Assembly (NCBI GenBank): GCA_963682135.1
Contig: OY821645.1
Location: forward strand, 2,336,001-2,400,000
DNA length: 64,000 nt
Source of the DNA: Methanothrix sp.
Lineage (GTDB): Archaea > Halobacteriota > Methanosarcinia > Methanotrichales > Methanotrichaceae
Direction: 5' to 3'
In this document: positions 9,854 to 20,200 of the stretch, one piece after another
How the letters are laid out: each line of letters opens with the position of its first letter
Position numbering within the stretch: position 1 is the first letter of the stretch
Translations under genes and position numbers: made by a program
Notes under the pieces: generated by a model
Databases searched by the model: none
What the model saw: the letters and a program-made list of their open reading frames with translations, nothing else
What the model was told of the DNA's origin: nothing

Positions 9854-10114
9854 TCATCTCATCTTGCATTTCTTATTGTAATGCGGGCATTTGGTATTGG
9901 TGCAGACGTTCTCCTTCGCGGCCTCTGTTAGCACAATTTGCATCATGTCAAGACGGTCTATCAACGAAGCGTCTGCAGATGCTGCCTCCGCCTCCGAAAG
10001 GGCTAATGCAACTTTTTCTAGCATATTATGGGCCAGCATTTTTTCTTTTCGAGAAAGCGCAAACTCAGCCTCAAGCTTTGCAAGATCCACTTCACTCAAA
10101 GACTCCATAGGCAC
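9854..10114 (-). CDS. Hypothetical protein with C-terminal Cys/His cluster
   Basis: CTNTKCPHYNKKC; co-oriented downstream of marker 12. Confidence 0.75.
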   Translation of the reverse strand: MPMESLSEVDLAKLEAEFALSRKEKMLAHNMLEKVALALSEAEAASADASLIDRLDMMQIVLTEAAKENVCTNTKCPHYNKKCKMR

Positions 10115-10134
10115 TCCTTCTTCGAAAAACCATT

Positions 10135-11070
10135 TTACATGTCCACTTCCAGTCCCAGAATGCTCCTTGAGCCGCTAAATATGTCTTTCGCGATCCAGGC
10201 GCACCCCTGTGCTGCGGCACATCTTTCCAGGGGCCGAACATCCCGTTCCAGGAGATCGGATACGCGCGGGGTTATCCTTGCGGCTGGGCTTCCTGCCAGA
10301 AATACATCAGGTTCTGATTCGCCCAGGTCGCGACAGAGCACGAGGAGGGCATTAATCTCCATGGCTGCGAACAAAGAGAGCGATTCGAGAGCCAGGCTCT
10401 CCTCCTCCGGCAGACATTCTGCCAGACTTGCTCTCCCCATCTTGGAGAGAATGCCGCCGCAATTGAAGGCCTGATTGGCGGTCATCTTTCCGGAATCGAC
10501 ATCTCTTATGGCATGGACATCCAAGGGACCTTGCATCAGTCCGGGGGCAAAGATAGGCGCATCAATTGCCCCGACGATCTTTCCCTGCAGTACGGCAAAT
10601 GTCACGGTGTTGGAGCTGGCATCGCATACGATGAAGTTCTCACTCATCTCCCTAAAAACGCCATAAGCCAGGCCCACCTTTTCCGGGCTCATGCCGTGGG
10701 AGAAGACTTTCAGACGGGGATCGATATTGCTGGCGCGATGAATGCCGGGCAGAAGAATGGCAGGCCAGCCTGAGACCTTGACTGCCTCAAAGACCCTGGT
10801 GCCGCCGCCCACATGTTGCCCGGCTCCATCCAGCTGAACCAGGCCACGATTGGGTGCGTCCTGCAGCCGCACAATCCTGGTCAAGGCGTCACCCATGGAG
10901 TAGCTGAGGGCCACCAGTTCGACGATGCCTTTGCCCAAATTCTGAGCAATCAGCTCTACAATCTCTTCTGCAGAAAGACGGCCGGCCTCGTGCCTGGCAA
11001 TCTCCCAGCAGCGCCCCTCCGTGGTGGCAAATCTTATAGCGGTGGTTCCATGATCTACTCCTATGAACAT
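10135..11070 (-). CDS. Methanogenesis marker 12 protein (UPF0285)
   Basis: MFIGVDHGTTAIRFA, YSMGD, SHGMSPEK, GPLD. Confidence 0.9.
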   Translation of the reverse strand: MFIGVDHGTTAIRFATTEGRCWEIARHEAGRLSAEEIVELIAQNLGKGIVELVALSYSMGDALTRIVRLQDAPNRGLVQLDGAGQHVGGGTRVFEAVKVSGWPAILLPGIHRASNIDPRLKVFSHGMSPEKVGLAYGVFREMSENFIVCDASSNTVTFAVLQGKIVGAIDAPIFAPGLMQGPLDVHAIRDVDSGKMTANQAFNCGGILSKMGRASLAECLPEEESLALESLSLFAAMEINALLVLCRDLGESEPDVFLAGSPAARITPRVSDLLERDVRPLERCAAAQGCAWIAKDIFSGSRSILGLEVDM

Positions 11071-11153
11071 CAGATCAGCCCAATGCCAGGATTCCTGGCA
11101 GAGGGAGTATTTTTGCTAGGCCTTGATAAGTGTATCCGGCCCGCGGAGATCAT

Positions 11154-11486
11154 TTATCCGCAAAGATGTAGAATTGCCTTATTCAACAGCACAGTGGTAT
11201 GTATTACCGCATATGATTCCAGAAGCATGACCGCCCCTGTGTACTCTTCGGTCTCGATGCTATCTACCTCTGCAAACTGGGGCTTGCTTGACCTTACATG
11301 TCCTTCAAAGAAAGAAAGGCTCTCATCATCTCCCTCTGCCAGGACTATGACCACAGAATTATTTTCTTGGATGCGGTTGCCGGCATAAAATCCATGCAGG
11401 CCGGCATTTACGGCAACATCAGTAAGCCACGACCGATAGCCCACTCCATGCACTTTGCCGCCCGTAATTTTGATCTTTATCTTCAT
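11154..11486 (-). CDS. Acylphosphatase-family protein
   Basis: ITGGKVHGVGYR, VLAEG; start reassigned to MKIKIK. Confidence 0.85.
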   Translation of the reverse strand: MKIKIKITGGKVHGVGYRSWLTDVAVNAGLHGFYAGNRIQENNSVVIVLAEGDDESLSFFEGHVRSSKPQFAEVDSIETEEYTGAVMLLESYAVIHTTVLLNKAILHLCG

Positions 11487-11521
11487 ACTGTCAACGCGGT
11501 CTGATTCCGATCTTGCTCGAT

Positions 11522-12415
11522 TCAGGCGGTAGAGATGAGTTCCAGCAATTCTTTCGCCACCTTGCCGCTCTCTCTTCTCGTCCTCATGAGGGTGCTCATT
11601 CGGTGACAATCTCCCTTGTAGCTGCTTTTCTTGTCTACGATGAATAGGTCCACCTTGCCAAGCATTGATCGCACGCCTTCATCATTGGCGGGAACACCCC
11701 TGGCTGTCATAAATTTGGCAGCAGGACCGCTCACCGGCTTATTTCCAATGAACGGACTCATGGCCACTACTTTTTTGTCTCGCAAGCGCTCGCGCACACC
11801 CTGCAAGGCTAAGATAGGGCCGATGCTGGTCACGGGATTGCTGGGACCGATGATAATTGTGTCTTCTTTCTCCAGAAGATCCAGGAAAGCCTGGCAGGGA
11901 AGGGCGGCATCCAGACCCGCAAAAAAGAGATCGCGAACCTCGGGCAATCCCTGGCGGCCCACCCAGAATTCCTGAAAGTGCATCACTCCTTCCGGAGTAG
12001 AAACGACCGTAGAGACAATGTCATCCGTCATAGGAACGACCCGCTGCTCGACTCCTAACGATTCGGCTAACGCCTGAGTGGCATGACTGAGTTTGACCCC
12101 CCGACGAAGCAACTCGGAGCGAAAGATATGGACGGCTCGATCTTTGTCTCCTACCTGCAGCTTCTCTTTGATGCCCATCGCGATGAGAAAGTCATGAGTC
12201 AGAGTCTTATCGCCCTTTATGCCCCACATTTTCTTCAGATCGATTATATCGGCCAGAGTGTAAATTACTGAATCGATATCGGGAGAGATGTAGTTCCCGG
12301 ATATCCAGAGATCCTCCGCCGTGTTTACCACTACAGAGAGCTCCTCCGGACGCAACAGCTCCTTCAGTCCAAGGAGAAGCTTGGGCGTGCCTGTGCCACC
12401 GCTTAAGACCAGCAT
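11522..12415 (-). CDS. cofD: 2-phospho-L-lactate transferase
   Basis: LSGGTGTPKL, GDKDRA, HFQEFWV, GPSNPVTSIGP. Confidence 0.95.
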   Translation of the reverse strand: MLVLSGGTGTPKLLLGLKELLRPEELSVVVNTAEDLWISGNYISPDIDSVIYTLADIIDLKKMWGIKGDKTLTHDFLIAMGIKEKLQVGDKDRAVHIFRSELLRRGVKLSHATQALAESLGVEQRVVPMTDDIVSTVVSTPEGVMHFQEFWVGRQGLPEVRDLFFAGLDAALPCQAFLDLLEKEDTIIIGPSNPVTSIGPILALQGVRERLRDKKVVAMSPFIGNKPVSGPAAKFMTARGVPANDEGVRSMLGKVDLFIVDKKSSYKGDCHRMSTLMRTRRESGKVAKELLELISTA

Positions 12416-12430
12416 CTTAAGACCAGCATT

Positions 12431-13000
12431 TCAGACGTCCACGATAATCATTCCCGTCTTGAGATGGGCCACATCTTCATCCGGGATGGTTGATTTCACG
12501 GCTTTTTCACAGTCAATTGCGCTGTTTCCCAGGGGGTCTTCGAGAATGAGGGTCAGAGGAAAACTGCCATTTCTGGCGAGATTTATCTTATCCAAGATCT
12601 CTTCGCCTCTTCTGACGCTTTCCTGGCTTTCTGCTTCTCGCGCCGAGCGAGTGGCAAAGCCCACCACGCCCTCAATCCGTTCAAGGACACCTTCCACATT
12701 TGATATGTAAGAATCTGAAGCAAATCCCGGCTCGATGTCCACGCCAAGCTCTGGAATGCGTAGTGTTCCGCTGGATGAACGAATCACTCTTGCATCCAGA
12801 TCCTCAATGCTCGTCACCTGCAAGGTGAAGCGCACCGGCTCCTTCTGCGTTAAGAGAATGGTATCATTGTGTCTGTAGCCGCAGTCACAGACTCCGGCAA
12901 TGACCATGGCCTCTCCGAAATGGGGTATGTCCACCGTCTCCCAGCTAAACTGCATCTCGACTGAGCAAATGGGACAGCTCGCGTTTGTAGTTAGATTCAA
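12431..13000 (-). CDS. ZPR1-type zinc-finger protein
   Basis: CPIC, IPHFGE, IPELG, SNVEG, EDPLGNS. Confidence 0.93.
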   Translation of the reverse strand: MNLTTNASCPICSVEMQFSWETVDIPHFGEAMVIAGVCDCGYRHNDTILLTQKEPVRFTLQVTSIEDLDARVIRSSSGTLRIPELGVDIEPGFASDSYISNVEGVLERIEGVVGFATRSAREAESQESVRRGEEILDKINLARNGSFPLTLILEDPLGNSAIDCEKAVKSTIPDEDVAHLKTGMIIVDV

Positions 13001-13362
13001 TCTTTGCTCCCGACCACCTTCTCGCGGTCGATCTTTATGCCGCTCGGCACTAAAACTATAAGGTCGTCGCCAATTCCGGCTATGTCTCCAGAGACATCTT
13101 CTATTGCCTTTTTCAGTTCACCAATAGCCCGGTCCAGAGCAGCTTTATCCCGCTTCAGGCCAGCGATATCCACCAAGACAATATTTCCGGCATAAATCTC
13201 CTGTTTGATCTCGGGAAGAACCTCGACCCGTCCCAGCTCAGCTACCCTTAAGATTATCTGCGGAGAGCCGCTACCTTCCTCGAACTGACCCAGATCGACC
13301 TCAGAGTAATCCTGCTCCTTAGACTTCCCTATGAGCTTGAGCTTTTCTAGGAATCCTGCCAT
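12997..13362 (-). CDS. sepF: Cell division protein SepF
   Basis: GNIVLVDI, GDIAGIGDDLIVLVPSGIKIDR. Confidence 0.9.
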   Translation of the reverse strand: MAGFLEKLKLIGKSKEQDYSEVDLGQFEEGSGSPQIILRVAELGRVEVLPEIKQEIYAGNIVLVDIAGLKRDKAALDRAIGELKKAIEDVSGDIAGIGDDLIVLVPSGIKIDREKVVGSKD

Positions 13363-13413
13363 TTAAAAACCCCGCTAAGGAACTGTGTATTATTATATTT
13401 ATATTTAACGCAG

Positions 13414-13593
13414 TTACATGTCCATAAGTTTCAATCCCACGAAGCCCATGGCCACCATGAAGAGCAGGACTATCAAAGCAAAGCTCGAAGATCTCAGCTC
13501 GGCGGGAAGGACTATTTGTGCCCCTAAAATGAGGGCAATCATCAGAAATACCAGACCTGTACTTAATCCAATCTCAAGCCACTTCTTCTTCAC
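13414..13593 (-). CDS. 59-aa two-TM membrane protein (below the ORF-track cutoff)
   Basis: GTG start; MKKKWLEIGLSTGLVFLMIALILGAQIVLPAELRSSSFALIVLLFMVAMGFVGLKLMDM*; fills the cofG-sepF gap. Confidence 0.75.
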   Translation of the reverse strand: MKKKWLEIGLSTGLVFLMIALILGAQIVLPAELRSSSFALIVLLFMVAMGFVGLKLMDM

Positions 13594-13613
13594 AAGAGTA
13601 TTGTCCCCCCGCC

Positions 13614-14615
13614 TTAGGAGATATACTTTTTCGCCCGAAGGCCGTCCTCTCCTGCCAGGAAATCTACCTGCGATCGGGTCTTATGGCCATGCCAGCCCAT
13701 GGCAATAAAGCGAGGATAAACTGGCAACCTTTCTCTCAGTCTATAGTCCGATAGACGGTGATGCAGCTCTTCTTCATCCGGCCAGGGACAGTCAGGATTG
13801 ATGCCGTCAACGGTAACCGCGCTAATTCCTCCCAGATCATCGCCTCCCGCTGTGATCAGAGGAAGCGGGTCCACCAGGTTGGGCGGAACTTGAATCGCCA
13901 CCTCTGCCGGAAGTATCTTGCGCGCCATTTCTACTGTTTTGCACAGGTCAATTATCTCTGGCCTGGGCATATTCTGCAGAGCAGTTCCCGGCTTGGGATC
14001 CAGCGGCTGGATGATTACCTCCTGAATATGACCAAAGGCTCTATGCAGATGGGCAATTTTGCTGATTGCTTCTACCCGGTCCTGCATGCTCTCCCCAATG
14101 CCCACCAGTATGCCTGTAGTGAAGGGAATACGAAGTCTTCCCGCCCTGGCTATGTACTGTATCCTTAAATCAGGTCTCTTTCCCGGCGATTTTGCATGCG
14201 CCCCCAGCCGGGCCGTCGTCTCCAGCATCAGTCCCATAGAGGCGTTATACGGCTGCAAGCGCTGCAGATCTTCCGGCTCCAGCAGGCCGGCATTGCTATG
14301 CGGCAGGAGGCCAAATTCAAGGGCCATCTCGCATAGCTCGATTAAGTAGTCCAGCAAATCCGCGATGCCAGACCTTGCCAGAAGGCTCTCAAAGCCCGAG
14401 ACGGTCCAGGGCGCCTCACCCATAGTAAAAAGCGCCTCGCTGCACCCATGAAGAACACCCTGCTCCAGCAGACGCGTCGCCTCGGTTCTGGAGATCAAAT
14501 GGGCGTCTTGGAGATCCTTTCGAAAAGAGCAGTAGCCACAGCGATTCCTGCAGAGGTCCGTTACCGGAAGAAAAATATTTTTGGAGTAGGTAAGCGTCTT
14601 CATCTTTAGAGTCAT
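13614..14615 (-). CDS. cofG: FO synthase subunit 1 (radical SAM)
   Basis: [45 protein letters not shown]. Confidence 0.95.
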   Translation of the reverse strand: MTLKMKTLTYSKNIFLPVTDLCRNRCGYCSFRKDLQDAHLISRTEATRLLEQGVLHGCSEALFTMGEAPWTVSGFESLLARSGIADLLDYLIELCEMALEFGLLPHSNAGLLEPEDLQRLQPYNASMGLMLETTARLGAHAKSPGKRPDLRIQYIARAGRLRIPFTTGILVGIGESMQDRVEAISKIAHLHRAFGHIQEVIIQPLDPKPGTALQNMPRPEIIDLCKTVEMARKILPAEVAIQVPPNLVDPLPLITAGGDDLGGISAVTVDGINPDCPWPDEEELHHRLSDYRLRERLPVYPRFIAMGWHGHKTRSQVDFLAGEDGLRAKKYIS

Positions 14616-14618
14616 TAT

Positions 14619-15068
14619 TTAGCGACGAAACTCCACCAGCTTCAAGACATTTCCCAGCGGACAGTCCTCGGGAGCCTCGCCCACTATATCCACAATGGTG
14701 CATCTTTCGCCATCTTTCAGTCCAGATGGATGGCACATATCATACATGCTGCATTCGGAGTCCTCGCATTTCATGGCTTCAAAGACTATCTTAGAACCTG
14801 GAAATGCTTTTCTGGCGTCAAAGGCGGCGATTATCGGACTCTCTGCCACCTCAACTGCCCGCACTCCCGCCTCATGGATAGGGCAATCATGAATCAGCTC
14901 TCCACGGGTCCCCAATATCCTGTAGCGCCTGCTCGGCTCCAGATTGATGCACGTGTTTCTAAGCTTGCAGGTCTCGCATTCCGGTGTGGGGCCCACGAAG
15001 GTGAACTCCAGGCCAATGCTGGCCAGTCTCGTTCCAATCAGTGTAATTTGTGTGGATGCCTCGGACAT
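14619..15068 (-). CDS. UPF0179 family protein
   Basis: [24 protein letters not shown]. Confidence 0.9.
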   Translation of the reverse strand: MSEASTQITLIGTRLASIGLEFTFVGPTPECETCKLRNTCINLEPSRRYRILGTRGELIHDCPIHEAGVRAVEVAESPIIAAFDARKAFPGSKIVFEAMKCEDSECSMYDMCHPSGLKDGERCTIVDIVGEAPEDCPLGNVLKLVEFRR

Positions 15069-15101
15069 AGTTCATTCTCCTTTTTCATGATTATTATTAA
15101 A

Positions 15102-16151
15102 TCAAATTATCCCGGTCGCTTCAGCTGCTTTAATTGCAGCCATTTTGTTCAGACCCGAATCCAGTATGGTATAGCGTTCCGGTCGAATCTCGCGGGCACT
15201 TACCAGAGCCAAGATCACGCTATCTGCATCCAAACCAGCTTCTGCGGCAGAGGTGGGGGCGCCGACCAAGGCCAGTGCCCTTTTTATCATCTTCCAGTCC
15301 CCACCATGCAAATACATCATTATAATAGTGCCTAGACCGCAAAGCTCGCCATGTAGAGCTCTTCCCGGTGCAATTTTGTTCATAGCATGAGCGAACTTGT
15401 GCTCCGAGCCGCTTGCTGGGCGCGACGATCCGGCTATACTCATAGCCACTCCACTGGAGATCAGGGCTTTGATTACGATACGGGCCGATTCCTCCAGGCC
15501 CGGCCGAATATCTGCCGCAAGCTCAACGATCATGCGCGCGGTCATACCTGAAAGAGCGGAGGCATATTCGCTGTACTCCTCATTTCTCAGGCGATGAGCC
15601 AATTGCCAGTCTAAGATGGCAGTGTAATTAGAGATAATATCGCCACATCCGGCCGCGAGAAGCCTCGCCGGAGCCAGGGATATTATCTTGCTGTCGGCTA
15701 CAATTGCCAGCGGAGATTGTGCTTTGATGGAAGTGGTCTCTCCATTGATAGTCAAAGATGCCTGGGATGAGCAGATGCCGTCATGCGAAGCGGCCGTGGG
15801 CACAGACAGAAAAGGCACGCAAACCCCCAGCGAAGCGAGCTTGGCAATGTCTATCGATCTACCGCCACCCGCACCGATCAGAAAACCGGCTTTGCTCTCA
15901 CGCGCCAAAAGCTTTGCGCGATCTACCTCTTCCAACTTGGAGGCGCTGCAAACAAGGGTCTCGGACTCATAGCCGCGTTTCTCCAAGAGCTCGGATATGG
16001 CCTTTCCTATCACATCCTGGGTACGCGGGCCCGTGATGATAAGAGCGCGCCCTTGCAGCTGCAACTGGCGACATATGTCGGGCAACTCCTGTATCGCGCC
16101 ACTGCCTACCGCTACGATGCGCGGGAGTTCCATCCACCTAGATCCGACCAT
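15102..16151 (-). CDS. egsA: sn-glycerol-1-phosphate dehydrogenase
   Basis: GGGRSIDIAK, PTAASHDG, SSRPASGSEH, HGE, RPERYTIL. Confidence 0.96.
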   Translation of the reverse strand: MVGSRWMELPRIVAVGSGAIQELPDICRQLQLQGRALIITGPRTQDVIGKAISELLEKRGYESETLVCSASKLEEVDRAKLLARESKAGFLIGAGGGRSIDIAKLASLGVCVPFLSVPTAASHDGICSSQASLTINGETTSIKAQSPLAIVADSKIISLAPARLLAAGCGDIISNYTAILDWQLAHRLRNEEYSEYASALSGMTARMIVELAADIRPGLEESARIVIKALISSGVAMSIAGSSRPASGSEHKFAHAMNKIAPGRALHGELCGLGTIIMMYLHGGDWKMIKRALALVGAPTSAAEAGLDADSVILALVSAREIRPERYTILDSGLNKMAAIKAAEATGII

Positions 16152-16214
16152 TGCCTTCTCACCAGCGAAAAACAGGATGAGATGTATGTGGTCTATGGCG
16201 ATATAAAATCATAT

Positions 16215-16973
16215 CTAACAAGTCACAATCTCAGAGCGCAGATCGCACAGTATCCGATCCCTTATGACATTGACGGCAGAGCTGGTTCTGTTGCGGGGGC
16301 GGGTGAGTGGGATCTCGATGATGTCCTTAATTCTTCCCGGCCGGGCGGACATGATCACTATTCGGTCCGCGAGGTAAATTGCCTCGTCAACGCTGTGGGT
16401 GACAAAGACCACTGTCTTTCTCTCCTCTTGCCAGATGCGCAGAAGTTCAGACTGCATGATGTTACGTGTCTGGGCGTCCAGGGCCCCGAAGGGCTCATCC
16501 ATGAGCAGAGCCTTCGGGCGGTTGACCAGAGCGCGAGCGATGGCCACCCTTTGCTTCATGCCCCCGGACAGCTCGTGAGGATAGCGCGTTTCAAACCGTT
16601 CCAAGCCCACCATTTTAAGATACTGCCTGCCCTGAATAAGTCGCTCCGCGACAGGTATGCCTTTCAATTCCAGGCCGAAGACGATGTTATCGATGACCGT
16701 TCTCCAGGGAAATAGTGAGTACTCCTGGAAGACCATGCCCCTCTCCGGACCTGGGCCTTTTATGGGATCGCCATCAAGAGTAACCGTGCCCTCAGTTGCC
16801 TCCTCAAGACCGGCCACTATGCGCAGCAGTGTGGTCTTGCCGCAGCCTGATGGGCCGATGAAGCAGATGAACTCATTGTCCTCTATCTCCAGGTTGATAT
16901 CCTGGAGGGCTACCATCTCTTTTCCGTCCGCAAGAAACTGCTTGGATACTCCCTTGATCTCCAACAGAGCCAT
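16215..16973 (-). CDS. ABC ATPase, nitrate/sulfonate/taurine type (no permease adjacent)
   Basis: [27 protein letters not shown]. Confidence 0.93.
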   Translation of the reverse strand: MALLEIKGVSKQFLADGKEMVALQDINLEIEDNEFICFIGPSGCGKTTLLRIVAGLEEATEGTVTLDGDPIKGPGPERGMVFQEYSLFPWRTVIDNIVFGLELKGIPVAERLIQGRQYLKMVGLERFETRYPHELSGGMKQRVAIARALVNRPKALLMDEPFGALDAQTRNIMQSELLRIWQEERKTVVFVTHSVDEAIYLADRIVIMSARPGRIKDIIEIPLTRPRNRTSSAVNVIRDRILCDLRSEIVTC

Positions 16974-17266
16974 TCAAAGCAGGATATCACGACGGTTAGG
17001 TATAGATCTTTCCATTCGAGAGGATCTTACGACGCGTGTTGTCAATTGTCATATAGTTCATGAAATTTAATAATTCTATTTATAATTGTTTAAGTAGCTA
17101 TAAAAATATATTATGATATGGATAATTAACATCGATCACACCATGCTTACATCCACTCGCGATATTAATATGCTTGGATGAAACTTTCACGCATTTCAAC
17201 CAGATTTTTGACGAGATTATAACCAATCATTAAAAAAATATAAATAGTTGTAACTAATGATAACCT

Positions 17267-20200
17267 ATGATGTGGGGAGCCTTTTGTATGCGAGTGTGTA
17301 TATGCCCAATTACAGTCCTATTGATAATGATTTTCTGTATCAATACAGGTCTTGCTAATATGCCAAATGATAATAATCAGAGCACGCAAAATGATTCTCC
17401 AATTATCAATCCGCATCCAATGATCTTCTCCTTGAAGGAACATCGTTGGGATGATATGTCCGGCACAATAACCTCCAATGCCTCTACCTTCAAGGACAGT
17501 CTGGGCCGGAGCCACATCTTCGTAATAGGTGCAGATAATGGGCTTTGGGACAACGTTGATGGTGTCTGGCAAGGATTGGGAGGGACTATAACCTCAGTCC
17601 CTTGCGCAGTTGAAGATCGCCAGGGAGTAACCCACATCTTCGTCATTGGAACTGATGGTGCTCTCTTTGATCGAGTATTGGGCACGGGCTGGACTAATCT
17701 TGGTGGTTACGTCACATCTAATCCCAGCGCAGCTCTGTCTCCGGATGGACATATTAAGATCGCAGTTAAGGGCGGTGACAATAGCTTATGGGTAAAAGAC
17801 CTGACCACAGGAGAATGGTCCGGTCTGGGCGGCAAAATAACCTCGAACCCCCAGCTGATATTCGATCTTCACGGTAAGATGCACGTTCTGGCCCAAGGTG
17901 GTGACGGAGCCTTGTGGGACAACGTAGATGGTAACTGGCAATATCGAGGAGGTTTGATGACTTCTGACGCCAGACCGATAATTAACCCGTTTAATCCAAG
18001 ATTCATTTATACCTCTGTTCGAGGTATAGATGGTGCCCTGTGGTGCAATGCTCTGGATACTGCATCGGGCACCTCCACATGGACGGGGCTTGGTGGCCTC
18101 ATAGCGGGCACACCGTCTCCTTCCGTAGATACTGATGGTATGCTGCACAACTTTGTTCGGGGCGGTGATGGTGGGCTGTGGGATAATGTGGACGGCGGCT
18201 GGTATGGTCTGGGCGGGTTAATTGTCTCAGATCCTTGTGCCTTTCGGGATAAAGACGGAAAGCTGCGTGTTGCAGTTGTAGGTGGAGCTAATGGATTGTG
18301 GGTCAACACAATAGGAATAGGCATGACTCCCACAACACTGGTAGGTTCATTTGCCTGTGACTACAATAAAATCCAGTCGGCTATAAATGCAATAAGTTCG
18401 GGCGGAATAATAAAGGTGCTTAGTGGTAGCTACCCAGAGGATGTTAACATCGACAAAGAACTAACCCTTATCGGGATTGGTAATCCCACTGCCAGCAGCT
18501 TTGCTTTAAATACAATATTGGGAACAGATTCCGGAGGAATAACTGCACCTCTAATAACTGTGAACACCGGATTCAAGATCCAGCAAGGAATCGATCTGGC
18601 AAATACAGGCGCATCAGTCAATGTAAACGGGGCAGCAGGATACACTTATCGTGATGATCTGACCCAGAGCTTCTATGCAAGAGGCATCACTCTTACTGGC
18701 ATCAATAATCCGGTCATCAACAGTTTCACGCTGAATCAGGACATAGCTGGAAGGATCCGCGGAATAACGGCCAATACCGTAAATGTGAATGCAAATGCTA
18801 AGATCCAGCAAGGAATTGATCTGGCAAATACAGGCGCATCAGTCAATGTAAACGGGGCAGCAGGATACACTTATAGCGATGATCTGACCCAGAGCTTCTA
18901 TGCAAGAGGCATTACCCTAAATGGCATCAATAATCCGGTCATCAACAGCTTCACGCTGAATCAGGACATAGCTGGAAGGATCAGCGGCATAACTGCCAAT
19001 AACGTAAACGTGAATGCAAATGCCAAGATCCAGCAAGGAGTTGATCTGGCAAATACAGGCGCATCAGTCAATGTAAACGGGGCAGCAGGATACACTTATT
19101 GCGATGATCTGACCCAGAGCTTCTATGCAAAAGGTGTCACTTTAACGGGAATTAATAATGCTGTAACAAAGAGCATTTCCCTGGATCAACTGCTAGCCGG
19201 AAAGATCAGCGGAATAACGGCCAAGACAGTAAACGTTCTGAATCCTAATGCTAAGATACAGGAAGGAGTAACCATTGTCAATTCAGGCGGGACAATTAAT
19301 GTGGGGGCTGGAAATTACCTTGAAGATGTAGATATCAACAAAGACTTAGTCCTCATAGGAACCGGCAACCCTATTGTCGCCAGCATCTCATTGAACGCAG
19401 CACTCGGAACATGTCCCTACGGTATCTATGCATCGAAAGTTACCGTTAATCCCCCATCCAAGATTCTTGATAGTATCTTGATATCGTCGAAGGATGTATT
19501 TGTTAATGGAGTTGCAGGATATACTTATGGGGATGATCTGACCCAGAGCTTTTATGCAAGAGGCATCACCCTAACTGGCATCAATAATCCGGTCATCAAC
19601 ACCTTCACGCTGGATCAGGACGTGGCTGGAAGGATCAACGGAATAACGGCCAATAACGTAAACGTGAATGCAAATGCCAAGATCCAGCAAGGAATTTATC
19701 TGGCAAATACAGGCGCATCAGTCAATGTAAACGGAGCTGCCGGATACACTTATAGCGATGATCTGACCCAGAGCTTCTATGCAAAAGGTGTCACTTTAAC
19801 GGGAATTAATAATGCTGTAACAAAGAGCATTTCCCTGGATCAACTGCTAGCCGGAAAGATCAGCGGAATAACGGCCAAGACAGTAAACGTTCTGAATCCT
19901 AATGCTAAGATACAGGAAGGAGTAACCATTGTCAATTCAGGCGGGACAATTAATGTGGGGGCTGGAAATTACCTTGAAGATGTAGATATCAACAAAGACT
20001 TAGTCCTCATAGGAACCGGCAACCCTATTGTCACCAGCATTTCATTGAACGCAGCACTCGGAACATGTCCCTACGGTATCTATGCATCGAAAGTTACCGT
20101 TAATCCCCCATCTAAGATTCTTGATAGTATCTTGATATCGTCGAAGGATGTATTTGTTAATGGAGTTGCAGGATACACTTATAGCGATGATCTGACCCAG

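Noticed and set aside
11154-11486. Acylphosphatase possibly truncated at the C-terminus
   Set aside because: The catalytic domain is complete; truncation cannot be shown without an alignment.
15783-16715. 310-aa plus-strand ORF
   Set aside because: Antisense to egsA and the ABC ATPase; no motifs.
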